Of a DNA stretch of 64,000 bases, positions 51,596 through 61,651 are shown piece after piece (position 1 is the stretch's first letter; each line of letters starts with the position of its first letter). The DNA comes from an uncultured Ruminococcus sp. (GTDB taxonomy: Bacteria > Bacillota > Clostridia > Oscillospirales > CAG-272), in the NCBI GenBank assembly GCA_964634795.1, contig CAZWLL010000001.1:13830-77829 (forward strand), given 5' to 3'. The notes under the pieces are model-generated. The model was given only the letters and a program-made list of their open reading frames with translations. It was not told where the DNA came from and ran no database searches. The translations under genes and the position numbers were made by a program.

Positions 51596-53956
51596 TTACA
51601 ATTCGAGAACAGTAACTCCGTAGTCACCCTCTCCGAAAGCTCCCGCACGGAATGATTTGATTCTTTTGTCTTCCTTAAATCTTTGCCACAATGCGTTTCT
51701 GAGCGCACCCGTTCCCTTTCCGTGTATTACCGTAGCGGAATGAACCCCCGCAAGTATAGCATTATCAATGTAACGGTCGACAACAAACCAAGCCTCTTCT
51801 CCCGTCATTCCGCGCACATCGCATTCAAGCTTGAACGATCTCGTTACCTGTGCACGGGCTACTGCCTGCTTTTTGTGCTCCTTCTTTGCTACCTGTTCGG
51901 CATCCTCAAGCAGCTTTAAATCCTTTACGTTTACTCGCATTTTAACGGCGCCCATTCTGATGTTTACTGCACCGTTTTTATCGGGATCATCGATAAGTAT
52001 ACCCTGTGTGCCCAAATTACGATGTACAACCGCATCTCCTTTTTTGAGCGGACGCGGAAGGACATATTCGTCATCATCGACATAATCGGTGGTCGGGTTC
52101 ATCTTATCGTCAAACTCGCGAACCTTCGCGCGTATTGATTTTTTAGCCTCGGCAAGCTTATCCGCATCCTGCTGCTTTTTTGCCTCTTCAAGCTGTTTCA
52201 TAACATAGTCGCTTGTAGCTCTCGCTCCGTCCAGAAGCTCTTGCGCTTTTTTTCGCATAGTCTGAGCATCCTTCTCTGCGCTTGCGAGACGCTGTTTAAG
52301 CTCCGCCTCGGTTGCTTTGTTTTTCTCTTCAAAAGCACGGCGTTCGTTTTCGGCGTCCTTCTTTTCTTTTTCGAGCTCTATTCGTGTTTTTTCCAGCTTT
52401 TCTATTACAGTTTCAAAGCTTCGTGAGCCTGTATCGACAAACTGCTCTGCTCTTTTAACTATCTCAGGTGATAAACCGAGCTTTTCGGAAATCGCAAACG
52501 CGTTTGATTTTCCGGGCGTACCGATTATAAGCCTGTATGTCGGGCAAAGAGTATTTATATCGAATTCACACGATGCGTTTACAACGCCCTCGGTTTCTAT
52601 GGCATATGCTTTAAGCTCCGCATAATGCGTTGTGGCTGCGCATAATGTTTTATTCATGCGAGTCTCTTCCAGTATTGCCATCGCAAGAGCCGCACCTTCC
52701 ACAGGGTCCGTTCCGGAACACAGCTCATCGAAAAGAACCATCGATTTATCTGTCATTTTATCGAGAATATTAACTATTCCCTTCATATGTGACGAGAATG
52801 TCGAAAGTGACTGTTCAATACTCTGCTCGTCACCTATATCGGAAAATACCTCATCGAATACTCCGATTTTCGAGGTATCATCTGCGGGAATATGAAGTCC
52901 TGCTTGTGCCATAAGCGTAAACAGTCCTATTGTTTTCAGCGTAACCGTTTTACCGCCTGTATTAGGACCGGTTATGACGAGCATTTTATAATCTTTTCCG
53001 AGTGAAACCGTAATCGGTACAACCTTATCCTTATCGAGCAGCGGATGACGAGCTCTATATAAATCCACAACAGGCTTATCGACAATACACGGTGCCGATG
53101 CGTTTAGTTTATATGAGAATTCGGCACAGGTGAATATAAATGCCAGCTCGGTTATATTCAAATAGTCAAGATTCAAATCATTACCCGACCCCGCAACCCC
53201 CGCCGACAAATCACGAATAATGCGCTCAATTTCATGTTCTTCCTTGCTTTCGAGTTCACGCAGCTCATTATTCGCCTCCACAACGGCAATAGGCTCGATA
53301 AACAGTGTCGCTCCGGATGAGGATGTATCATGTATGAGACCTTTGACCTCATTTCTGTATTCCGCTTTCACGGGAATGACAAAACGTCCGCCTCTTGTGG
53401 TAACTATATTTTCCTGAAGATATTTTGATTGTCCGGACACGTATTTTTGCAGCAAATCCTTTATTTTACTGTCGGTAAGACGCTTTTTTCTTCTGATTTC
53501 ACTCAGCTCATGGCTTGCTTCATCCGCAACAAAATCATCCGCAAGTATTGAGCGGTTGATTTTTTCCTCGAGGCTGCGGTTGGAGACCAGTCTGTCGAAT
53601 ATTTCTCCGAGAGAAGTCTGCGGTGTTTTTTCGCCCTGTACATAATCCTGCAGCAGCCTTGCTGTTTTGAAAACGGCGGCACAATCGAGAAGCTCACGCA
53701 ATGACAGCATGGCATCTTTCTCAGCTCTTTCCACACTTGCGCGAATATCCTTTATCCTGCCGAATGACGGTGTACCCTTTAATCCTATTAGAGTTTTGGC
53801 GTCAGTTGTGTGCTGCTGTCTCAGTCTGACCTTCTCCGCATTTGAGGAAGGAGTAAGACTTCTTGCCATCTCAGCTGATCCTTCGGTCGGAGCAAGCTCT
53901 GCGAGCAGTTCTGTGATTTTATCAAATTCAAGTACATGTAATGCTTTAGAATTCAT
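51596..53956 (-). CDS. mutS2: Endonuclease MutS2 (MutS domain V ATPase + C-terminal Smr)
   Basis: 786 aa with Walker A GPNTGGKTV, a long coiled-coil K/E region, and an Smr domain at the C-terminus (VIHGKGTGALR). Confidence 0.95.
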   Translation of the reverse strand: MNSKALHVLEFDKITELLAELAPTEGSAEMARSLTPSSNAEKVRLRQQHTTDAKTLIGLKGTPSFGRIKDIRASVERAEKDAMLSLRELLDCAAVFKTARLLQDYVQGEKTPQTSLGEIFDRLVSNRSLEEKINRSILADDFVADEASHELSEIRRKKRLTDSKIKDLLQKYVSGQSKYLQENIVTTRGGRFVIPVKAEYRNEVKGLIHDTSSSGATLFIEPIAVVEANNELRELESKEEHEIERIIRDLSAGVAGSGNDLNLDYLNITELAFIFTCAEFSYKLNASAPCIVDKPVVDLYRARHPLLDKDKVVPITVSLGKDYKMLVITGPNTGGKTVTLKTIGLFTLMAQAGLHIPADDTSKIGVFDEVFSDIGDEQSIEQSLSTFSSHMKGIVNILDKMTDKSMVLFDELCSGTDPVEGAALAMAILEETRMNKTLCAATTHYAELKAYAIETEGVVNASCEFDINTLCPTYRLIIGTPGKSNAFAISEKLGLSPEIVKRAEQFVDTGSRSFETVIEKLEKTRIELEKEKKDAENERRAFEEKNKATEAELKQRLASAEKDAQTMRKKAQELLDGARATSDYVMKQLEEAKKQQDADKLAEAKKSIRAKVREFDDKMNPTTDYVDDDEYVLPRPLKKGDAVVHRNLGTQGILIDDPDKNGAVNIRMGAVKMRVNVKDLKLLEDAEQVAKKEHKKQAVARAQVTRSFKLECDVRGMTGEEAWFVVDRYIDNAILAGVHSATVIHGKGTGALRNALWQRFKEDKRIKSFRAGAFGEGDYGVTVLEL

Positions 53957-54027
53957 TTTGTCCTCTAAAATAATTGTCAGATAAATTAAGGATGCGCCGA
54001 ATAAATCAGCCTTAAATCAGTGCTTCC

Positions 54028-54825
54028 TTAAATCTGCGTACGTATCTTTTTGTAGTATTCCAACGATGAAAAGTTATGTTCGAGATGATTAAGCAAATAT
54101 CTTTCACATACAACCGAGAATAGTGATATCTCCGTCTTGTCAAGTGTAAAAGATAGGAATTTTTTAATTGGCGATGACGCTATATACCTTATCGCATAAA
54201 GCACCGGCAATGACAGACGTATCATAATCTTCGCAGTAGAATCATCGCAAATATATTCCGGAGAATTATTAAGCTCTGCTCGGCATTTTTTACAGATTAT
54301 ACGTCCGTTCATTACGTCAAGCGTTGAATCCTCCGTAATATCGCATCCGCATATTCCGCACGCCGATAAATCCGGCATAAAACCTTCAGCCGCAGCTGTT
54401 CTGAACTCAAACGCGCCTTTTATTATATCAAGCGGAATATTGATATTCGATATTGCGTAAAGCGTGTTTAATACAAGCGGAAGCAGCTCCTCATCTCCCA
54501 TACCTACAAGTGAAACATCATGAGCTACATCGCAGACATAATTCGCAAGCGATAATTTCTCGATATCATATCGTATATTCATAAACGATTCTATCAAAAA
54601 TGCGTCCGCTATGTAATAATACTCTCCGCGCTTTTTTAATTGAAACGTACTGTATGTGAAAAGCTGTGCCGATGCGGCGTATTTGTTTTTGATACTCGTC
54701 AAGCCTTTGCCTGATATCGTTATCAGTCCCTCTTCCGCCGTCAGCAGCGTCAGCAGTCTGTCCCTTTCTCCGACTTTAACGTCGCGTATCACAAGTCCGT
54801 CAAGTTCGATAAAGTTTTCACTCAT
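54028..54825 (-). CDS. recO: DNA repair protein RecO
   Basis: 265 aa with an N-terminal OB fold (GLVIRDVKVGERDRLLTLLT) and a Cys4 zinc motif (CGICGC...CKKC). Confidence 0.9.
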   Translation of the reverse strand: MSENFIELDGLVIRDVKVGERDRLLTLLTAEEGLITISGKGLTSIKNKYAASAQLFTYSTFQLKKRGEYYYIADAFLIESFMNIRYDIEKLSLANYVCDVAHDVSLVGMGDEELLPLVLNTLYAISNINIPLDIIKGAFEFRTAAAEGFMPDLSACGICGCDITEDSTLDVMNGRIICKKCRAELNNSPEYICDDSTAKIMIRLSLPVLYAIRYIASSPIKKFLSFTLDKTEISLFSVVCERYLLNHLEHNFSSLEYYKKIRTQI

Positions 54826-54828
54826 CGT

Positions 54829-55719
54829 TTACATGTTCTGCTCCGGTTTAAATCCGAAGCTGTTCAGCGAAAGCTGGTCATCACGCCATTTTTCTTTTAC
54901 TTTTACCCAAAGGTTTAAGTAAACCTTCATGCCGAAAAACGCTTCCATGTCCTCACGGGCATAAGTTCCGATTTTCTTAAGCGTTTCGCCGTTCTTTCCG
55001 ACGATTATTCCCTTATGAGACTGTTTTTCACAGTATATTTCCGCGCGGATACGAAGCATTTTTTCATCTTCTTCAAACTGCTCGATAACAACCGCGGTGC
55101 CGTGCGGTATTTCATCAGACAGTGTACGAAGAAGCTTTTCGCGAATTATTTCCGCGGCGATTTGTCTCTCCGGCTGGTCCGTAAGGCTGTCCGCATCAAA
55201 CATCCACTCGCCTTCATACAAAAACTTTTCAGCCTCATCAAGTACGTCGCTTACATTTTTTCCGGTTTCGGCACATGTCGGGACAACCGCGTCGAAATCG
55301 TGCAGCGATGCATAGTCGGATATTGTTTCGGCGAGCTTTTCGCGATTAACAAGGTCGATTTTGTTCAGCACCAGCATCGACGGAAGCTCTGCCTTTTTTA
55401 TCTGATTTATAAGGTTTTTCTCGATTTCTCCTGCGGGATAACCTGCTTCGGCTATTAAAATAACCGCATCTGCCGAACCTACGGATGAACGTACGGATTT
55501 CATCATAAATTCACCGAGTTTATTTTTTGCGTGGTGTACACCGGGAGTGTCAAGGAATACATATTGATCCTCGCCTTTTGTGAGTATGCCCGCGATACGA
55601 TTTCTTGTGGTCTGCGGTTTCGGAGAAACTATCGCAACCTTTTCTCCGAGTAAGTGGTTCATAAGTGTGCTTTTGCCTACATTCGGTCTGCCTACTATAG
55701 CTATAAATGCTGTTCTCAT
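54829..55719 (-). CDS. era: GTPase Era
   Basis: 296 aa. G1 is GRPNVGKST, G3 is DTPG, G4 is NKID, and there is a C-terminal KH domain. Confidence 0.96.
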   Translation of the reverse strand: MRTAFIAIVGRPNVGKSTLMNHLLGEKVAIVSPKPQTTRNRIAGILTKGEDQYVFLDTPGVHHAKNKLGEFMMKSVRSSVGSADAVILIAEAGYPAGEIEKNLINQIKKAELPSMLVLNKIDLVNREKLAETISDYASLHDFDAVVPTCAETGKNVSDVLDEAEKFLYEGEWMFDADSLTDQPERQIAAEIIREKLLRTLSDEIPHGTAVVIEQFEEDEKMLRIRAEIYCEKQSHKGIIVGKNGETLKKIGTYAREDMEAFFGMKVYLNLWVKVKEKWRDDQLSLNSFGFKPEQNM

Positions 55720-55732
55720 ATTTTTACTCCGT

Positions 55733-56215
55733 TTATTTCTGTTTTACTTCCAGTCCGAGCTTTTTCATAACCGTTCTCTGATGCTCACGCATTATCATAT
55801 CCTCTTCATCCGAATTCACATGATCGTATCCGAGAAGATGCAAAACCGAATGGACGGTTAAAAAGGCACATTCTCTTTCATAACTGTGCCCGAATTCCTC
55901 TGCCTGTTCTTTAGCCCTCTCCAGTGAAAGCACTATGTCACCGAGTTCGAAAATCTCACCTTCAAACGGCATATCACCGTTTTTTATATCATACATCGGG
56001 AATGACAGAACATCGGTCGCGGAATCGATACCGCGGAATTCATTGTTTTTTTCGCGTATTTGTTCGTTATCCGTGAATGTAACCGAAACCGTACAGTCAT
56101 ACTCGAAGTGTTCGCATTCGAGCGTTGCTTTTACCGCTTTTTTTATCAAACGGCGCAGCAGAATGCCTGCTTTTTCTTTGTTCTGTTCATTTGTGAATAT
56201 TATTTTTACTTTCAT
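55733..56215 (-). CDS. ybeY: rRNA maturation endoribonuclease YbeY
   Basis: 160 aa with the zinc motif HSVLHLLGYDH. It has a 4-nt ATGA overlap with phoH. Confidence 0.95.
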   Translation of the reverse strand: MKVKIIFTNEQNKEKAGILLRRLIKKAVKATLECEHFEYDCTVSVTFTDNEQIREKNNEFRGIDSATDVLSFPMYDIKNGDMPFEGEIFELGDIVLSLERAKEQAEEFGHSYERECAFLTVHSVLHLLGYDHVNSDEEDMIMREHQRTVMKKLGLEVKQK

Positions 56216-57249
56216 TTATTGTTGTCGCGGTGCTGTGCATGGTATCGGGTATTTTCACGCCGCTCCTCCGTTTTTACTTTTCTGTCTCTGTCATACTTAT
56301 CGTATGCCATAATTATCTTCTGTACCAATCTGTGCCGTACTACATCCTTTTCGGTAAACTCATGTACCGCTATGTCATCAATATTTTTTAATATCTGAAC
56401 CGCTATCGACAGTCCGCTTCTTGTGCCTCTCGGAAGGTCTGTTTGTGTCAGGTCTCCTGTTACTACAATTTTAGATCCGTTGCCGAGACGTGTGAGAAAC
56501 ATTTTCATTTGTTCCGGTGTAGTATTCTGCGCTTCATCGAGAATAATGAATGAATCATCTAAGGTACGTCCTCTCATATACGCGAGAGGGGCAATTTCTA
56601 TAGTCATTTTCTCAATAAGCTTCGCACATGATTCCGCACCCATCATTTCATACAGTGCATCGTAGAGAGGGCGGAGGTATGGGTCTATTTTGCTCTGTAA
56701 ATCTCCGGGAAGAAAGCCCAGTCTCTCACCGGCTTCAACCGCGGGACGTGTTAAAATAATTCTCGACACCTCATGAGCTCTGAGTGCCTTCACAGCGGCT
56801 GCAACCGCCAAATATGTTTTGCCTGTACCAGCGGGACCTGCTCCGATTACAATCGTGTTCTTTTTAATCGCATCGAGGTATTTCTTTTGTCCGACGGTTT
56901 TAGCCTTGACAGGCTTTCCTTTTGCTGTCACGAAAAAACAATCTTCATCAAAATCCGAAAGCTCGTTCTGTCTGCCGTCTTTTACCATGGATATTGTATA
57001 ATCAACGCTTTGATCGGATAACTCGTCGCCTATAGACGCAATCTTTTTAAGATATGACAGCGTATCGAAGGCATAACCGACACCGGGTTCCTCGCCTTCA
57101 ATAACAATCGTGTCGCCGTCATCCGCTTGATTCTGAATATTATATATGCGTACCGAAAACTCTTCCTCAAGCCGTCTTATATTTTTATCGAAATTACCGA
57201 ACAACCTTGCTGTCAGCTCCGACGTCTGCGTGTTTAATTTTTTTATCAA
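56212..57249 (-). CDS. phoH: PhoH-family ATPase (PhoH-like/YbeZ with N-terminal KH-like extension)
   Basis: 345 aa with Walker A GPAGTGKTYLAVA. It has a TTG start with an AGGGAG SD 6 nt upstream. Confidence 0.92.
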   Translation of the reverse strand: MIKKLNTQTSELTARLFGNFDKNIRRLEEEFSVRIYNIQNQADDGDTIVIEGEEPGVGYAFDTLSYLKKIASIGDELSDQSVDYTISMVKDGRQNELSDFDEDCFFVTAKGKPVKAKTVGQKKYLDAIKKNTIVIGAGPAGTGKTYLAVAAAVKALRAHEVSRIILTRPAVEAGERLGFLPGDLQSKIDPYLRPLYDALYEMMGAESCAKLIEKMTIEIAPLAYMRGRTLDDSFIILDEAQNTTPEQMKMFLTRLGNGSKIVVTGDLTQTDLPRGTRSGLSIAVQILKNIDDIAVHEFTEKDVVRHRLVQKIIMAYDKYDRDRKVKTEERRENTRYHAQHRDNNK

Positions 57250-57483
57250 AATATTCTCCCTATTTTTTTATATGCTCAGCCTCGCGTTTTTTGATTGCGA
57301 AAACCGACTTAAGCTGTATATAAACAATTTACTATTATATATTTTAGCACATAGTCAAGTTATAATTCTATAGTTTTAAGAAAAATTATCTGTAAGTTTT
57401 CATTATTCCATATTTGTTTTCTCCGTACTCGGCTCATTTTCTTATTAATTGCGGTCTTGCGTCAATAAGTTTCACGTGAAGTC

Positions 57484-57512
57484 TTGATTTTTATCATGAT
57501 ATTTTATATAAT
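57484..57512 (+). promoter_or_regulatory. Promoter TTGATT-17-TATAAT upstream of the small Cys4 ORF, prfB and the TrmH-family gene
   Basis: TTGATT is at 57484-57489 and TATAAT at 57507-57512, with a 17-nt spacer. Confidence 0.6.
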
Positions 57513-57613
57513 AGTAGTTGAAAGTTATTATGGGGCAGTGTGTGTCATTACTCCGTATAATAATTTTCCGGATAAAAATCAATATGATAAAGTGAGTTGA
57601 AAATAATTCCGCT

Positions 57614-57814
57614 ATGAAAAGTAAAATCGAAACCGATAAATATTGTAAGTACTGCGAGCACGCAAGTGCCTTACACGATCCCGACACTATGCTTTGTAAA
57701 AAAAAAGGTATTGTCAACTCAGGCCAAAAGTGCCGTTCTTTTCGATATGATCCGCTGAAAAGAGAGCCGAAAATCAAAAATTCTTCGGATACTCTCGAAT
57801 ATGTTGAAATATGA
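57614..57814 (+). CDS. Small Cys4 protein (66 aa), unknown function
   Basis: The sequence is MKSKIETDKYCKYCEHASALHDPDTMLCKKKGIVNSGQKCRSFRYDPLKREPK..., with four Cys arranged CxxC...C...C. The ORF is visibly more GC-rich than its AT-rich flanks. It lies downstream of a good promoter and 49 nt upstream of prfB. The SD is weak. Confidence 0.45.
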   Translation: MKSKIETDKYCKYCEHASALHDPDTMLCKKKGIVNSGQKCRSFRYDPLKREPKIKNSSDTLEYVEI

Positions 57815-57862
57815 TAAAATATTAATTTTAAATTTGAAATATGGTTTTGGAGGAACAAACCC

Positions 57863-58975
57863 TTGATACTTGCACTTGAAGAAGCTAAATACAAATTAGA
57901 GAATTTTCGAAAAGATATCACCGAACTCGGTTCGGCTCTCAGAATAGATGAACTGAGAAAAAAAGCCGCCGAGCTTGACAGCGTTACGGCAGATCCCGAA
58001 TTCTGGAATAATCAGGAAAACTCCGGCAAGGTTCTTAAAGAAGTTAAGAGAATTAAAGAAAAAATCAGCAAGTACGAAGCTTTGTCAAATAAGCTTGAGG
58101 ACACAATCACTCTCGCCGAGCTTGCCATCGAAGAAAACGACGAATCCCTCGTAGGAGAGGTTGAGGCCGATGTTCGTGCAATCGAGGATGAAGAGGAAAA
58201 ACAGCGCATAGAAATACTTTTATCAGGTGAATACGATCAGAATAACGCTATCGTTTCCTTCCATCCCGGTGCCGGCGGAACCGAAGCACAGGACTGGGCT
58301 CAGATGTTATACCGTATGTACACTCGCTGGGGTGAAAGACACGGTTACAATGTCAAGCTCATTGACTGGCTCGACGGTGAAGAAGCCGGACTTAAATCTG
58401 CGACAATACTCATAGAGGGTGAAAACGCATACGGATACCTTAAAGGCGAAAACGGTGTTCACCGTCTTGTAAGAGTTTCCCCGTTTGATGCATCGGGAAG
58501 ACGTCACACCTCGTTCGCTTCAGTCGAGGTTATGCCGGAATTCGACGATGACAACAGCATTGAGATTAAAGATGAAGATCTTGAAATCACAGCTCACCGC
58601 TCATCGGGCGCAGGAGGTCAGCATATCAACAAGACAGACTCCGCAATCAGAATCACGCACATTCCGACAGGTATTGTAGTAGGATGCCAGACAGAACGCA
58701 GCCAGCTTCAAAACAAGGAAACAGCCATGAAAATGCTTAAATCAAAGCTCATGGAAATTAAGCAGCGTGAAAAGCTTGAAAAAATAGAAGATATCAAAGG
58801 TATAAAAACAAACATCGAATGGGGTGCGCAGATTCGTTCCTATGTATTCATGCCGTACACTCTCGCAAAGGACACACGTACCGGTTATGAGGACGGCAAC
58901 ATTCAAGCTGTTATGGACGGAGAAATCGACGGATTTATCAATGCATATCTCAAGATGAACGCAGCACGTGACTGA
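57863..58975 (+). CDS. prfB: Peptide chain release factor 2 (single frame, no programmed frameshift)
   Basis: 370 aa with the SPF and GGQ motifs (VRVSPFDASG, SGAGGQHINKT). It has a TTG start with a GGAGG SD 9 nt upstream. Confidence 0.94.
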   Translation: MILALEEAKYKLENFRKDITELGSALRIDELRKKAAELDSVTADPEFWNNQENSGKVLKEVKRIKEKISKYEALSNKLEDTITLAELAIEENDESLVGEVEADVRAIEDEEEKQRIEILLSGEYDQNNAIVSFHPGAGGTEAQDWAQMLYRMYTRWGERHGYNVKLIDWLDGEEAGLKSATILIEGENAYGYLKGENGVHRLVRVSPFDASGRRHTSFASVEVMPEFDDDNSIEIKDEDLEITAHRSSGAGGQHINKTDSAIRITHIPTGIVVGCQTERSQLQNKETAMKMLKSKLMEIKQREKLEKIEDIKGIKTNIEWGAQIRSYVFMPYTLAKDTRTGYEDGNIQAVMDGEIDGFINAYLKMNAARD

Positions 58976-58990
58976 TATTATAAACCCGAT

Positions 58991-59791
58991 ATGAAAAAAG
59001 AGGAATCACGCTTTACAGACTCAGCTGTTTTCGAGGGAATGACATCAATACGTGCCGTAATATCGGCGAGTGAAAACAAAATAAGCGACAGAAAAATCGA
59101 AAAGCTGCTTATAGACGAAGAAAAAAAGAAAAGTAAAGGCAAGGAAATTGCCTGGCTCAACTTCAAAGCAGGCGAGATGAATTTCCAAATTCAATATGTC
59201 TCGGCAGATATCCTCGATAAGTATACCACCGGCAGCACCCACGGCGGAATTATCGCTCTTTGTTCGGAAAGAACAATTCCGAGTTTAAATGAAAGCGATA
59301 TTAAGAAGGACGGATTTTACGCAATGCTCGAGGGCATAGAAGACCCGTATAATTTCGGGTATGCCGTACGTGCACTGTATGTATGCGGTATTGACGGAAT
59401 TATTCTTACACCGCGCAACTGGATGAGCGCGGCGGGTGTTGTGTGCAGATCATCGGCAGGTACTTCGGAATTGCTTCCGTGCTTTGTCAGCGAAGGAACG
59501 GAAGCGGCAAAGCTGTTTAAAAAACAAGGTTATAAAGTAATATGTGCCGGAATCAGAGATTCGATATCATCCTTTGAGTGTGACATGACAAAGCCTGTGT
59601 TTTTGATTATCGGAGGCGAAAAAAGAGGTATATCCTCCGCACTTCTCTCTGAAGCGGATCGAATTGTAAGAATAGACTATGACAGGCAATTCGGAGGCTC
59701 ACTGTCTGCGGCATCGGCGGCTTCAATGCTCGCATATGAAATTATGAAGCAAAATAAGTTAAAGCAGCTCAGCACAAACGGTAATGCCTAA
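58991..59791 (+). CDS. TrmH/SpoU-family RNA 2'-O-methyltransferase (RlmB-like)
   Basis: 266 aa with an N-terminal substrate-binding-like domain and a SpoU methylase domain (LEGIEDPYNFGYAVRAL...LIIGGEKRGIS). Confidence 0.85.
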   Translation: MKKEESRFTDSAVFEGMTSIRAVISASENKISDRKIEKLLIDEEKKKSKGKEIAWLNFKAGEMNFQIQYVSADILDKYTTGSTHGGIIALCSERTIPSLNESDIKKDGFYAMLEGIEDPYNFGYAVRALYVCGIDGIILTPRNWMSAAGVVCRSSAGTSELLPCFVSEGTEAAKLFKKQGYKVICAGIRDSISSFECDMTKPVFLIIGGEKRGISSALLSEADRIVRIDYDRQFGGSLSAASAASMLAYEIMKQNKLKQLSTNGNA

Positions 59792-59814
59792 AAATGACTT
59801 GAGTTAAATCTGAT

Positions 59815-59851
59815 AAAAAATCGGTAGAATTGTTGAATCCTACCGATTTTT
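59815..59851 (+). terminator. Rho-independent terminator after the TrmH-family gene
   Basis: AAAAAA-TCGGTAG-(12 nt)-CTACCGA-TTTTT. Confidence 0.75.
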
Positions 59852-59921
59852 ATTAAATTACTCTGTTATACGTTTTTTAGTTACGCGTTTTTATAAAAAT
59901 ATTATTTGAAAGGATAATCAT

Positions 59922-60458
59922 ATGAATATAACTGTTTATCTCGGTGCATGTGAAGGAAATGATCCTTCTTTCGTTAATGCGGTTAAAGAATTAGGTACAT
60001 GGATAGGCAAAAGCGGGAATTCCTTGGTATACGGCGGTTCAAAAAGCGGATTAATGGGTATACTTGCGGAAAGTGTAATCAACGCAGGCGGACTTGTAAC
60101 CGGAATTGAGCCTCAGTTTTTTATAGATGCCGTAGCTCAATACGATAAGCTTACAAAGCTTATTGTCACAAAGGATATGACCGAGAGAAAAACCAAAATG
60201 ATTGAAATGGGAGATGCTTTTATCGCATTTCCCGGGGGCACCGGAACACTGGAGGAAATTTCCGAGGTTATGTCCAAGGTCTCATTGAAACAGCTTGACA
60301 AGCCATGCATCATATATAATCTGAACGGATATTATGACCATCTGAAGGCTCTGCTCCATCATATGACGGAGACAGGTTTATCGTCCGATGACAAACAGGA
60401 AGGCATATATTTTGCCGACAATCTTGACGAAATAATCGGAATTCTGTCGGCAGACTGA
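59922..60458 (+). CDS. LOG-family (TIGR00730-type) nucleotide phosphoribohydrolase
   Basis: 178 aa with the motifs VYGGSKSGLMG and FPGGTGTLEEISE. An AAAGGA SD is present. Confidence 0.88.
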   Translation: MNITVYLGACEGNDPSFVNAVKELGTWIGKSGNSLVYGGSKSGLMGILAESVINAGGLVTGIEPQFFIDAVAQYDKLTKLIVTKDMTERKTKMIEMGDAFIAFPGGTGTLEEISEVMSKVSLKQLDKPCIIYNLNGYYDHLKALLHHMTETGLSSDDKQEGIYFADNLDEIIGILSAD

Positions 60459-60473
60459 TAGTTTTTTATTACT

Positions 60474-61610
60474 TTATAGGCTGCACAGCTGCATAACTTT
60501 CTCAGTGCAGTCACAGCCTGTTTCGTGTAAAAGAGCGGCAGCGCACATGTAATAATTGGATGTCTCCGCCATTTTGAATACTTCCGATGTTATATCCGAA
60601 AGCTCCTCAAAGCTGCCCGATTCCGTACATGTTACCGCTATGGCTCTCCAAACCGCATATAATGCCGCGAGAGACATTGCGGCTGTATTGCAGTCTAAAA
60701 CAGCTCCGACACCGATTATGTACGGAAATCCCATATAAAATACATGGTTTACAAATAACTGCTCCGATATAATTTCCGCATCAGGATAGAATTCGGAAAA
60801 TTTTTTCTGCTTTTCCTCATATTCGGCATACGTTGTATTGTTTATGCGCTCCGAATAATCATCAAGCGGAAACCTTTCGCATAAACGTTTAATGATGTGC
60901 CGTACTGTTTCAAAGGTTTCGCGGTTATATGCCGAGCAGTCATTCTTCTCATTAAGTGACTCGCATTCAGCAAGCATTTCATCGAGATTTTCCGATGACT
61001 GATTGTTCAGTGCGGGTGCGATAATCTCAGATGCCATAACAACCTTTTTCATGCGCTCGGAAAATGAAATCGATCTGTCCTGGAGAACGCCTATATACAT
61101 TTTTCTGACCTTCTCATATGAGGAAGTTATGAAATCATCTTTCTTTTGAGGCAGGTAATACTTGAATTCGAGTTCGACTTTTTTAAATCCGATCGGAGCT
61201 TTGCGCTTCATAAGCAATTCACATACGCCTTCGCACGATGCCGACATCGAACACTCATCCCCATGAAGTGTTTTCGGACTGCGCGGGTAATATCTGCAAA
61301 CCGACGGCAAACAATCTTCTCCGCATTCACATTGTACCGTACATAATCCGTCATCGCCATGCATCTTACAGTCTCCTATATAATTTTTCGCAAACTCCGC
61401 ATATCTTTCGTTTGTGGGAGACTCAAGCATGTATATTCCACCGTCCAACCGACGTCTCAGCTCAGGCGAACAATTCAAGCCTATCAGCTTATAATATTCC
61501 TGCATTGTCAGAGTAATATGCCAACCATGACAGCATGTCTTGCGGCACTCCCCTGCTTTGCATGTGAAATCCGTATAAATATCGGGAACGGTAAACCATC
61601 TCTTGCACAT
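60474..61610 (-). CDS. FliB-like Cys-rich protein (flagellin lysine-N-methylase family resemblance)
   Basis: 378 aa from the ATG at 61610. The N-terminal FTCKAGECRKTCCHGWHITLT resembles the FliB signature F-C-x-G-x-C-x3-CC-x-GW-x-I from memory. A second Cys cluster follows (CKMHGDDGLCTVQCECGEDCLPSVCRYYPR). Confidence 0.65.
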   Translation of the reverse strand: MCKRWFTVPDIYTDFTCKAGECRKTCCHGWHITLTMQEYYKLIGLNCSPELRRRLDGGIYMLESPTNERYAEFAKNYIGDCKMHGDDGLCTVQCECGEDCLPSVCRYYPRSPKTLHGDECSMSASCEGVCELLMKRKAPIGFKKVELEFKYYLPQKKDDFITSSYEKVRKMYIGVLQDRSISFSERMKKVVMASEIIAPALNNQSSENLDEMLAECESLNEKNDCSAYNRETFETVRHIIKRLCERFPLDDYSERINNTTYAEYEEKQKKFSEFYPDAEIISEQLFVNHVFYMGFPYIIGVGAVLDCNTAAMSLAALYAVWRAIAVTCTESGSFEELSDITSEVFKMAETSNYYMCAAALLHETGCDCTEKVMQLCSL

Positions 61611-61651
61611 TTTAATACCTTCTATCATTACACAAAAACAATAACGGAGGA

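Noticed and set aside
57472-57921. A 149-aa minus-strand ORF spanning the AT-rich region and overlapping the prfB start.
   Set aside because: It has an Ile/Phe/Ser/Leu-rich composition typical of AT-rich noise and no SD. It overlaps the promoter, the Cys4 ORF and the prfB RBS on the other strand.
57841-57960. A possible RF2 programmed +1 frameshift cassette. An ATG at 57841 lies in another frame, followed by GGAGG and CCC TTG A just before the prfB ORF.
   Set aside because: The RF2 N-terminus is contiguous in one frame: LALEEAKYKLENFRKDITELGSAL-RIDELRKKAAELD aligns with the Bacillus ...RGSL/DLESKEARIAELD region. The position of the usual CUU UGA C site reads CTC AGA with no in-frame stop. 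The GGAGG is simply the SD for the TTG start at 57863. This prfB therefore lacks the autoregulatory frameshift, which is known for a minority of bacteria.
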